From NCBI GenBank assembly GCA_038496445.1, contig JALMLS010000093.1, positions 682,001-746,000 on the forward strand: a stretch of 64,000 nucleotides of DNA, read 5' to 3'. Below the pieces are notes generated by a model. That model was not told the origin of the DNA and ran no database searches. It worked only from the letters and a program-made list of their open reading frames with translations. The stretch comes from Trichosphaerium sp. ATCC 40318 (Eukaryota > Protista > Tubulinea). Each line of letters starts with the position of its first letter. Positions within the stretch are counted from its first letter, which is position 1. Of the stretch, positions 52,303 through 64,000 are shown piece after piece. Position numbers and translations under genes: made by a program.

Positions 52303-54326
52303 TGTCAGCGATCATTAAATCTGTTGGCATTGTGTTATCAACAGTTCTTTTTATCTGTGTAACTGTCTACGTGTTAGATTCTGTAGTAAAACCGGATAAA
52401 CTAGACGTAAGATCATATTTACACGTCTGTAATGAACCACGCCCGTTAATATTGAGGTAAGCGCTAAAATGGTTCTACTTGTTACAAACATGCCACAGTC
52501 ACCGCGGATCGCGTCACCTGTTGCCAGAAAATACACTACACGCATTTAAATGGGCAAAGAAGTTAGGCGGGGACGTTTTAGAATTTGGTACGACTGAGAA
52601 TGCTTTTCTGCATCTATCAACTCACTGCCTATAATATGGGAGCGGTGAAAGCACTTTCAGAGATGAACTGTTTTTTAAAACAAGGTAGATGTTAGATTGA
52701 CATCTGATGGCGTTATGGTAGTAACACACGATCCAATAGTGGATAGGTACGTGTTATAACTCACAATGACCTGATTGAAGGATTTTTGACAGTCATAAAG
52801 TAGATTTAATTTTACGGTTGTAATAACCATTATTAGGACAACGGAAGGATCAGTTCGTGTTGAAGATGTCACCTTTGACACATTGCGAAAACTAGATGCT
52901 GGATATGGGTTCACACCTAAACAAAACAAAAGTAGAGACCAGGATGTTTCTGTTTTCCCTTTTAGAGGCCTTGATCATCGTATGCCGACATTAGCAGAGG
53001 TTTTAGATGCATTTCCAGGCACACCAAAGAATATTGAGGTAAGCAAAGAGCTACTAAATGAGTTTTGGGTTTTTTTGAAAAGCGCAAAAAAATACTTGGT
53101 TGTTTTTATTTTGGTGTTCAAGTAACAAAAGCTCTAATTGTTTGGGTGCTTTAGATAAAAGAAAATACACAAGATGTTGCAAAAGTATTATGGACAGTAC
53201 TACAACAATTTCCATATCAAATGGATCATGTCGCTGTTGCTAGCCAGTACGTCAACCTGTATTTTGAACCCTTTTTTGGTTTTATATGTTTACTTGCCAT
53301 CACGTGTTTTTGACTTAGATTCATTTTCAAAATTGCTCACTGTCAGTTATCTCTATTAATGTTTACGAACGATTATTATGTCGAATCGTCATTTAGAGAC
53401 GAGAAAGAAAAATTTTAACTCGGCGAATGTTGTTATGTTTTTTTTTTTGCTTGTGTACTTACTTATTCGATGTCTTAGATGGTGTGAAGTTCTCCATTAT
53501 TTTCGTGAAATCTCATTCCATATGGTTTCTACTACTGCTTGTGAGCAAGAGAGTATTCTGTTTGTTCTACTGTCTAAGCTTAGATTGTACAATATATATG
53601 CCTATTTGAGGTACAAAACAAAAGATAGAGAAAAAAGCAAGATTATTTTCTTTCAAGTTGTCGATGAGTCTCGCACTCATCATCTTTAGTAAACCAGAAG
53701 CTGAGGGTTTTCAATTACCTTATGAGCATGCTGGTATGACCATAGCAACAAAGGAGCTTGTTGAAAGTGCACATAGAGTCGGTCAGAAGGTGCGGCTTTA
53801 TTATTACAACGTTATCAGGGTTAACCTGTTTTAGGTCATGTTCTGGGTCGCCAACTCTCCTGAAGTTATCAATAATATACTTGATACTGGAGCAGATGCT
53901 ATTGTAACAGACAGGACAGACATAGCCTACAAAGTGTTTAAAGAACGTGGTAAGTAACAAAGTCATTAACGTTTATAAAGTTTCTCAAGTGTTTTCTTAG
54001 GATACACTATGCCTGACCTCGAAGACACTGAGAAGTTTAAAAACACCCCTGAAGGATACTTCATACCTGAGTATACTAGCGAGGAGATATCTTCGTGCCG
54101 TACTTTCATGTGTACGATTGCAGAAAATCAAGTTTTATCAGTTGCAATCACAGGTACCAAGAAAAAAAAAACTAGTAATTTCTTTTTTGGTTACGTCTAG
54201 AAACCACTGTTGCATTTGTGCACAAATTTTTAACCCCTTTTAATACTAGGTTTGGTACTAGTATTGATCGTATACACGTGCATATCAAGTGGAAAATCTG
54301 ATAATCAAGCAATCAAAACTGAATAA
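52303..54326 (+). CDS. Glycerophosphodiester phosphodiesterase (GDPD1/GDE4-like) with terminal TM segments; 5' end uncertain
   Basis: SHRGSRHLLPENTLHAF, EFDVRLTSDG..VVTHD, MPTLAEVL, NIE|IK, GADAIVTDR. Confidence 0.88.
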
Positions 54327-54547
54327 ACAAGAAATATTTAAGACTCATCAACGCCTCGCTTCCTACTACTTGTGTATTTTCCAGCAACCTATTTTTATTA
54401 TTGAACACACTTTGAAGTTAAAAAAACCAACAAATTTGGATGTTAGTTTATTGTATCAAGTCAACTTGGAAGTCCAAAAATAATTTGGAAAAAACCAGTA
54501 CGTCCTGATCTAAATGAGAAAAAATTTGCTTTTTATTGGGAGTTTTT

Positions 54548-56497
54548 TCATACTGGACTTGTTTCAATTTGAGAATCACCGCTAAGCGTAGCAGATGAGT
54601 GAGCTGTTAATACTAGTTTCTGTTGATTACTTTTAATCATGAATACCATGAGAGCTATAAGGCATACAAGACTTAGGAAGCCAATAGTAGAAGCAGCTGC
54701 AATCAGAACATTGTTCAAGTTGTTCTTACCATCATCACAATGTGGGTCTGCATCCCATTGAACGAATATCCTTGATGTGGCCGATTTTGCTCCAGCCACA
54801 TCTTGGATCATCCGCAGACAAGGATCTTTTACACCGTTACTTAAATGAGCTCTATTCTCTGGAAAAACTTGACAGTTCTGTGGTGTTTCCATCACGACAT
54901 ACTCGTTTGTACTTGCTTGAGTAAGTACGATTTCCATGCTATCTTGTATATTAGGACACTTTGAAAAGCTTAAGGTGGCCATATTGGAAAGAACAAGCGT
55001 TGTATTCATGGTAACGTTCACCAAGCCTAAAAGGTAAAAAAACTGTCAGAAAACACTGTCAGAGGTTTCCAATACTCGTACCTTCGAATAGAATGGTTGT
55101 GTCAATATGAATCTCTCTTTTAACTATCTCTACGTCATTTTGGACTACCCACACACCCAGTGTTTCATTACATTTAGCGCCAGGTGGTATATCTCCAACG
55201 CAATCTGTTTTTTTAACACAAAAGAGTTAAAAAAAATGAGAAAAAATTATTTTAGCGCACAAAGATCACTTACTAGATTGGGCTGGTGTTTCGGAAGGAA
55301 TGTCAGTAGGTTCCAGTGTCATTGGTTCTTCGCTTGTTGGTGCGCTTGTTAACTTACATTTACCACTTTCTCCTATTTTTTATCTCAACTCAAAAACCCG
55401 GAACAATTTTTTTGCGGATTTTACCTGCTTTGTAAATGTCGTTTATTTGCTCTCCGGATAGAGCTTTACCTTTGTAAAACGATAGCTAAAAACCAAGATT
55501 AACCGTTTTATAGCGTAGTAGGACGTGCATACCTCGTCTAGCGTCCCTCTAAACGTTGCATTAAAGGTGGGTTTACCACCAATATAAAATGTATTGAGGC
55601 CTGTAGTTATTGGTTCCGCCACGCCGTTAATGGGATTGCAAGTACGAGCGAGAACTCCGTCTACTGCAAGTTAATACAATAATTATTTATTTATTTAGTA
55701 AAAATCACGTGACACGCACCAATATAAAGACATATTGTTTGTTCTTCCCTAAGAGAAGAGAGTGAGTTCTTTTGTCCGTTTATTTTTCAAAGGCGTTTTT
55801 TCAAGTAGCAATTTACCTGTTAATTACACCTGCAATATGGTGCCACTTCCTTGTGTCATGTAGTGAATGCGGACTATTTATTAGAACGAGAAATCCTGCA
55901 TCTAAAAGTTTTTTTAGAGTTTTTCAAAAGAAATGAAAAAAAAAAAAAAAAAAATATCACGTGCTTAATCTAACTTCAAAGACGAGTTTGTTATCTTCAA
56001 CTAGATACATAGAATATCCGCCAATTTCGCTGAGATGATGTATTAAATATTGTGCTGTCCCAAGCTTATCTCTTTTTAGCCAAAACTCGATAGTGACGCT
56101 ATCTAATGGCGTATAAGCAACATTAAAACTAAAAAAACATTTCATGTCAAAGTGTCTTAAAATACCTGTTTCGGGCGAAAAAACTGCATCTTTTGCTGTA
56201 ACAGAACCACCTGTTAGTTGTAAACCACCAGATACAAGAGCCTGATAGGTAAGAGATGAGAACAGATGAGAAAAAACAAAAGTTATGAAGCAAATGCGCA
56301 GATACCTGTTTTTGTAAATTGAAGTCGCTTTCATATTTACCAATAATGCTTGTTTCACGTGACGACACTTCTTCCTTAGTAATTAACGATACAGAATCGA
56401 ACTTCCACCAAGCCTTAACATGAGGATCCACCGGAGTGCATATTTGTATTGATAAAGTAATAAAAAGACATAAAAGAGCCAACAGACGAAGTGACAT
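54548..56497 (-). CDS. Type I membrane protein with LamG/concanavalin-like domain
   Basis: Signal peptide; AWWKFD, VTIEFWLK, WHHIAGV, FYIGG, FRGTLDE; C-terminal TM VLIAAASTIGFLSLVCLIALMVFMI. Confidence 0.82.
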
Positions 56498-56897
56498 TTC
56501 AGTGTTTTGTTAAAATAATAATCATAAAATTGACTTTTATTGGCCTTGGGTTTTCTCCCTCTGTGTACCTTTTTTTTCGTTTAGTATACCTCTAAACACT
56601 ACAACAACGACTCCGAAAATCGTTGCAATGCTTATTTTACAACTTAAGCAATATCTCCATGTCAAAAACTTATTTTCTTTTGCGTATCCGAAAAAACCCG
56701 AAAACGATGTTTGCTTTAATTGTCCGCTCCCACGGAATACTGTTGCCTTTAGATGATCTCTAGTACGTTTTAGAGATGAATAGAGGTGTATTAGAGGTCC
56801 AAGCTGTACTTTAGAAGTCTTGAGAGTCTGAGTCAGGTTTTATCTGAAAAGCTTTTGTTTGGTACTCTTGCTGACGTAAGCGCATTGAAAGGGTGAA

Positions 56898-58177
56898 ATG
56901 GGCCAACAACAGGCTACCGAAGAAAAGCCCGTTGAAGACAAAGAGCCACAGCCATTAAAAGATGAAGACATTTATAACGTCACGGAAATAAACGTATTAG
57001 AGCTTGTTAACCGCTAAGAGTTGTAATACTGTTTTTAGGTACAAGATGATAACGGACTACTCACATCACCTGATGGCGCTTTCGTGATGCCACCAGAGCT
57101 AATGGCGAAGATTTTTGGTAATTTGGAAGTTCAAACAATCCTAGAGCACGTAAAAAGCTCTTAGTACCTTAAAAATAATCGCCAACGTTAGGATACAGTA
57201 TATATGCAAGAATTGGTATTTGGTAATAGACTTTTTGTTCATTTTATTCCGAAAAACGTTAAAAAGTCGCCTAATACAACCCTATAGCTTTGTTGGGCAG
57301 ACTCATCGATACTTGATTTTAGAAAAACAAAGCTGAGATTAAAACCACGTGCTTTGACATCAGTTATACACCGTTGTGCCAGAATTAGTCACTCTTTAAA
57401 TCTTAAAAACTGCTGGCACGTGCACACATTCATTTGTTGGCTCTACTTTGTAGCGTTGCGGCAAAAGTAAAGTTAAAAAAAAAAGAAGGATAAAATAAGA
57501 CATGACTTTTTTGGCGTCACCACTTCTTTAGAACGCTTATAAAGTATTAGGAACTGTACAGATGCTTTGATACATACTATACCTACAGGTTCACTTCGAA
57601 TACTTAACCTATCAGCGTGTTTAGACATCACAAACACTGCATTACTACATATCGCAAAAATGAAATCTTTGCGTGTCTTAGTACTAACTCATTGTACGCT
57701 TATTCTTTTCATTCTCACTAACCTTACATACCAGGTATGAGAATCTCAGATCCAGGTATTTGGGCTATACGAAACATGCAACTCACTGATCTCCATCTCA
57801 ATGTTTGTAACAATCTTTCTACGTGCAAAGGTTTAAGTCAAATGACAACCCTCACTACTTTGAACCTGAGTCGTGTTCGATGTACTACAACTCAAAATGC
57901 ACTTGTAGAGGCAATGTCACTTACAAAATTACAAAGAGTTGACATGTCAGTAATGACAAGTGATAATACTTTCAAAGAAGTTGCTCTTGATTTAACGGTT
58001 TTTAAAGACTTGAATGAGCTTTGTGTAGACGCAATAAGTGTGACGAGGATTCCTGGGATATTAGACCAACTGAGGACTATGCCTAGCTTTCATACATTGT
58101 ACTTGCCTTCAGGTCTTAGAAATACCGTAATTGAAGGCCATTTTCGGGTCGTTCATGCTCCCCATGATTGGCTTTAA
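56898..58177 (+). CDS. F-box/LRR protein with possible N-myristoylation (MGQQQA)
   Basis: MPPELMAKIFGNL..ILEIQYICKNWYLL (F-box); LRRs LRILNLSACLDITN, LTDLHLNVC, LTTLNLS. Confidence 0.82.
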
Positions 58178-58850
58178 TAAATATACACAAAGGTTTTTGT
58201 TTCTATTAATTTATTTATAATTTGCACTACTAGTTGTGCGTTCAGCATTTCATGGTGCTGAGGGTTGGTCATCTGACAATAGTCAGTTTAGTTTTACGTT
58301 TAAGTACGCTCTCTTCGGGCTTTTGCTCTAGCGGCTCTTTGGGCGCTTTCCCAGTCCTCCCATTCGGGAGTATCTACCTACACGCACTTGTGAATAACCA
58401 AAAGCGCGTTTGAAACAATTTAAACCAAATAGTTGTTGCAAATGTACCTTATGTGGGTTTTCTGGTGGGTACTGGCTCACAGGCTCGCTTACTGCAGGTG
58501 TTGTTGCTGGCGCAGGATCTACAAAATTGGCATGGTCAGAATTGGGAAACAAAGTTTCGAAATCCGTCACACTCAATTGAGCAGTCCTTTTACGCCAGAC
58601 AATTTCACGATGCGGTTGTGTAAAGTATAACTCAATATGTACAAGAGAAAAGAGAGAAAAGAACCGCATCCGTTAAATTAATTCACGTTTTTTTTTTTCA
58701 AAGTAATATTACAGTTTTTGCTTCACTATATTAGCGTGAAGCGCTAAATTACAGCAAAAGAGGGTAGAATAGAGATAACCTTTTCAATCCACTACGATTA
58801 CGTAGCGAACTAAAATAAAGGCCAGGACTGCTCAAAGGAGGCGAACAGAA

Positions 58851-59291
<441 letters not shown>

Positions 59292-59852
59292 TGGTAGTTG
59301 TTGTAGATTGTTTGGTGTTGTTATATTATGACTTATTCAGGCGTAAAATTTTCCCTGGAACAGCCCTGGAAAATTACTGCAGCGTTATTACCCCACTATG
59401 TATTTTTGGAGATTTATTTTTGTATATGTACGATACAATTGCTGTAGCGGTTGACATTCGAAAAAAACGAAAATACAATGATGCTAGAGTTTTTTTCTAA
59501 ACGAAAAACTGCATCAAATCTACATTCCTTTTCTCGGACAATCTGACTGACTCCTTGAACAAAGTATACCCGCTTGAATACTGAAACTAGCTCGGACTTT
59601 TTCACCTTTACAATTGCGCAATTTGCGTAAGTTTTTACGCACGCTGAAATTTTCCACTCTTGTAACCGCCGCTGAGGCGAGGTCAGGCTTCTACGGAGCA
59701 TTTACGAGCGACGAGAGGTCTTATAAAGTGTGAATGTAAAAATATTGCGAACGCGCTATAAAAGAAGCGTTGACACTCGCCACTACGTTATTTTAGAAGC
59801 TTTGGTGCCAAGAAAGCCTTTCTCCGTAAAGGCAGGTACATAATCTGATATT

Positions 59853-61442
59853 CTACAAAACCTTGCCACTTTCTTCTTTTTCGTTCATCTCCGCTTCAGA
59901 CTCCTTCTTTTCCTGTTCTAGCCGTTCTTTCTCGGCCTTTTGTTCTTGAAGAATTTTTAATTTCTCAGCGAAGATTTTATCAAATTCTTCTTTCTCGCTA
60001 TTTTGTTGTTTATCACTATCAGTAGCCCACTTTGCCGTCCTATCTGATTGATACAACATTAGAATGCCTTCAGGGAGAGTCATAGTATCTTGGACATTAT
60101 CGGCAGCAGTAGCGTATATTTCCATGCCTAGAGGTTGCATACAGTGAGTAATACCGATCAACAAGAGGTAAATGAGCCAAAAAAACTTTTTCTGCCCATT
60201 ACGTTTAAAAATAGCATAATCAGAAAATGGAAACGTTTAGCGCAAAAATACATTCCAAAAGCATCACTGTACCCAAATTATAATGTCGTAGCACCATGCC
60301 ATCACCCTAATAATGTATTTAATGATATTGGAATAGATAGATAATAATATTATCTGTACCTTCTCGCTATTAACTTTAGAGCATCTAAACGGTTTACTGG
60401 TTACCATGAACGTCCGACAGGCAGCAGGGCGGTATTTATAAACCTAGTAGAGCTAAGAAAATTGTTTTGAAAAAAGAAGTCTGGTACGCACTGTACAAGC
60501 TCCTTCATCACTAAGGAATACACACTTGGTCGTTTCGTACGACTTTTTCCAAAATTTATCAACATCGTCAGCACCATAATTAGCTTGTAAATGCAATAGC
60601 TGTAATTGCTCTTTGCTACGCATTATCATTAGTACAAGCATCTGACGCGTATAAAAATATGCTACCAGGCGAACAGCACGAGAATCAAATTAAAATACAA
60701 CAAAAAAGCTACGTAACGCACGTTGGTCCTCCGGCTTTTTTCATACGCCTGTACAATAATTTAGCTTCATCAGAAGTTATAAAAACCATCTGATGGCAGC
60801 AATGAGCACAACCTAATAAAAGGTCGGTAAACAAGAAATGTCATGTCACGTTAGAAAAAAAAATGGCGCCGCGAAGGCAGAATCGAACTGCTATCACTCC
60901 CGTGATCTACAGGTTTGAAGCCTGCACCGGGGACCACCCCTGGCTCGTCTCGGCGATGAACAAACGCGGTTCTCGTGCTTTTGTGCTTGACTTTATGAAA
61001 ACAAAAAAAGTTGTGGTTTATTGTAAGTGTCAAGTGTATTGGTACCTTTTTTACACGAGAGTTTAGGAGTGCCAACTGCTTTTTGATGAAGTGTAAACGC
61101 TTTCAGTTGTCTGTGGACTTCTCTTGCCCTTTTTGCGCCTGGTTTCATCTTAGCGAGCTCTTGTGTAATTAAAAGCATGTTATCTGCTACATCTTTTTGT
61201 TGTTTTTTCGGTGCTTGCGCCATCAATGCCATTAACCCTTCTGTTACTTTCATATCCTCCATTGTAGGCTCATTTACCGGCTTTTCAGCTTCTTTCTTCA
61301 GTTTGGCATCTCGCTCTGCGCGTTTGTGTTTTTGCGAGTTTGGGTAGTTTGGCAGAAGCACGTAGGCGCGTTTTGGACTGTACACTGCCTTTTTGACCAG
61401 TTGAGCGGTATGAGAAAACCGCGTTACGCGTAGTAAGCTCAT
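59853..61442 (-). CDS. YkgJ/UPF0153-type CxxxCxxCC cysteine-cluster protein with probable mitochondrial presequence; 3' end uncertain
   Basis: Spliced SCKK|GCAHCC..ITSDEA, CVFLSDEGACT|VYKYRPAACR; N-terminus MSLLRVTRFSHTAQL. Confidence 0.82.
60855..60863 (-). terminator. Pol III oligo-T terminator of tRNA-Sec
   Basis: T9 directly follows the encoded CCA. Confidence 0.75.
60864..60954 (-). tRNA. Selenocysteine tRNA (UCA), intronic, with encoded CCA
   Basis: GCCGAGACG-A-GCCAGGGGTGGTCCCCGG-TGCAGG CTTCAAA CCTGTA-long variable arm-GCAG TTCGATT CTGC-CTTCGCGGC-G-CCA; 9/4 acceptor/T fold, G73, anticodon arm matching the eukaryotic tRNA-Sec consensus. Confidence 0.95.
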
Positions 61443-61597
61443 TGCAGTGGGCAAGTGACTCTTGTACCAGAGTGGACCAATTCAGACCTGTGGAATTATG
61501 GCGAAACAAAGGTAGCTAATTTTTCACATCGCAGTAGCATTAACGTTGTGCTTTGACACGCTTACCTTGTTCATAAGTGGACTCCTTTGCGTTGATA

Positions 61598-64000
61598 ATG
61601 GTATTCGTACATTTCACACTTTGTCTAATTCGACACGCCTCTTATTTTGATTTAGTACAACAACAACAACAATGCGTACCCTCCGCCGAATAACCAACCA
61701 AAATACAACAACTATGGCTACAACAATCAACAACAACCGAATACACGCATGCAAAGGTCGCATACACAACCGTTGAGCGGTTTTTCAGGGTTAGCTCAAA
61801 ATCTCTCAAATGGCCTCAATAGTTTCGCATCGAGTTTAAATAACTCGGCAAGCTTCGGTGGCGCGCAGCGGCAGCATTCAGTTGTACCGGCGTATAACCA
61901 ACCACAACAGCAACCGAATTATGCGCCTGGGGTACGCTTACGCTAGTTAGCGTTTCACTATTCAACCGATAAACTAATTACATGTAGCAACAACCCCAAC
62001 CCCAATCATATGGAAGCTATCAGCAACCCAACTATGGTGGAAATCAGGCAGTCGTACCACAGGTAGGCAACAAAATATAGCTTTCCGTAAAACGTTAATT
62101 TGTCCACAAAAGCCGAAACTTTACAAATTCGCGTTCTCATAAGAGCATATTTCTAATGCGTAATGAATATCTCATGATTTTTTTGTAGCCAAACTTCGGT
62201 GCAAAACCTCTGCCGCCTCAACAGACGCCGCAGTATGGTAATCCTAGCCCAGTGCCAAATTATGGATCCAGCAACGGACAACTGCAAAGACAACCTAGCT
62301 ATGGTTCTAATAACGGACAGCCACCACAAAACTATAATTATCAACCTCCTATTGCTGGTGGCCCAAAACAACCTCTGTATAGATCAAACAGTGGTGGACC
62401 ACCTAACCAACCATACCCACAACCAGGGCCACCAAAACAACAATACTCACAACAGCCTGTTGTACCGCACCCACAACCTCTGTATAGGTCAGGCAGTGGC
62501 GGACCACCTAATCAACCTTACCCACAACCAGGACCTCACAAACAACCATACCAACAACAACCCGGCGCTGGTCAACAGCAATACATGCCAAAACAACCGC
62601 ACCCACAGTCTTTGTATAGGTCAAATAGTGGTGGTCCACCCAAACAACCTTATCCACAGCCAGGATCGCATAAACAAGCATACCCACAGCCAGTGTACAG
62701 AGCAAATAGTGGCGGTCCACCTAACCAACCTTACCCACAACCTGGACCTCACAAGCAACCGTACCCACAACCTGGGGCACCAAAACAAATGTACAGAGCT
62801 TTAAGTGGAGTTCAACCTTACAGGCAACCGGGGCCTCCAAAAAATAATGCGTATGCCAACCAGCCTCAAGGTCAACCATATGGACGTCCACAGCAAGTGT
62901 ACGGGCAACCAAAGCAAGCAATGTTTAGACATGGATCTGGAGGTCAACCTCAACCAGTAATGGCGCCTAAAGGTAACTACCAGCCTGCTCCTAGAGGTAA
63001 TTCTGAAAGCGTTTTTTAATCCCTAAACTCACTCACTCAACAGATTCAGTACTTCGCAGTAGCTCTATGGGGTACCCAAAAGGACCAACACTAGCTAAAC
63101 GACCTCCATTGCGTACCAGTCAATCTGCATTGCAGCTTCCAAAAGGTGGATATGGAAAAATGTCTCCAGCTGCGCTTAACCTAGCACAAGGAGTATGTTG
63201 CATATTATTATTTTCTGCGCAATGTGAAAATTTGCTAATTTTTATGTAAGGGCTACCAACAAAATAGACTACCAAAGCTTGGTGTAATGTACTCGTAATC
63301 AGTTTAACTTAGCATATTAATATTCGTTTAGCCCCAAGCGTGCCTCACCAAGGAATACACCTCCATCATCTGGCCGCAAATCTAGCAATGCGTCATCACC
63401 TGCAAACGTTCGTTAACATTTCTATTTGGTACAGTTTTGTTTACCATACTGACTTGGCTTACCTAGTCATATCGATCATCTGGAAATGGTGTTGTTGTAA
63501 ACAAATCCAATAGCGGCTTACACAACTTCCCTTCATCAACTTTCAAGCCACCATTTGCTCAAAGACTAATTCTACGAAAGAATCGTATAACGAGCATTCC
63601 TTCAAAAATAAACCTCCTTGAGAGAACACTTGAAGAGCTTGACTTAGCTAATAATCTTATTAAAGAGCTTCATCCCAATATAGGTACGTTATACGTGAGA
63701 AAAGAACCATAAAAAAAAAACCTGCACGTGACTTTAAACTTACCTCTTTTTCTTTTCAGGTGTATTATCTAATCTACGTATTCTGTGTCTTGGAAATAAC
63801 AGGTTAAAGGAGCTTCCTTTTGCTATATTCCTTCTCACAAACCTTATCAAAATTGACGCACAACGTAATGAAATTTTGAACATTCCAAAGGATATTGCAA
63901 AGTTGGAACAATTGAGACACCTGAATATGTCTAACAATAAGCTCTTTAAACTCCCTGATTGCGTATGCGATCTAAAGGATATGGAGGAGTTGTTCCTCAG
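61598..64000 (+). CDS. Large protein with Pro/Gln/Tyr/Gly-rich N-terminus followed by LRRs (runs off the window)
   Basis: ATG-only first coding exon spliced to YNNNNNAYPPP; LRRs LEELDLANNLIKELHPNI, LRILCLGNNRLKELP, LRHLNMSNNKLFKLP. Confidence 0.8.
62373..62795 (+). repeat. Coding quasi-tandem repeat, 4 copies of (L/V)YRxxSGGPPNQPYPQPGPxKQ
   Basis: Visible in the 62252..63019 translation and as recurring ggtggaccacctaaccaacc-like DNA units. Confidence 0.85.

Noticed and set aside
52590-52660. TPP riboswitch (CTGAGA motif in an intron)
   Set aside because: Lacks the other conserved TPP elements (ACCTGA junction, P4/P5 arrangement)
60851-61075. Two overlapping short ORFs on opposite strands
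   Set aside because: Spurious translations of the tRNA-Sec-containing intron

Overview
A gene-dense, AT-rich, intron-rich eukaryotic nuclear region from a free-living protist. It is probably amoebozoan-like, which is my inference from gene content. It carries about 30 mostly multi-exon genes with short introns (mostly ~40-130 nt) whose donors are typically GTACG(T/C), and several genes form head-to-head pairs. Recognisable genes: RCC1-repeat protein, F-box/Rho-GTPase fusion, ankyrin protein, PP1 inhibitor-3 (YPI1/PPP1R11), UBLCP1-like phosphatase, chromodomain protein, RasGEF, a double lamin-tail-domain CaaX protein, OXR1-like LysM-TLDc protein, RPA12, a receptor pseudokinase, a GCSH-like protein, RPP40, C2H2, SET, xanthine dehydrogenase/aldehyde oxidase, a sirtuin, GDPD, LamG membrane protein, several F-box/LRR proteins, LIM protein and a YkgJ-type CxxxCxxCC protein. 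Two special-purpose tRNA genes sit in sense orientation inside enlarged introns: initiator tRNA-Met in the kinase gene, and tRNA-Sec (with genome-encoded CCA) in the YkgJ gene. Other notable signals are at least five GC-AG introns, strong enrichment of the palindrome CACGTG, several unusual domain architectures, and intron-poor repeat genes or relics resembling giant-virus families. All exon joins were made by eye, so gene ends are approximate where stated.
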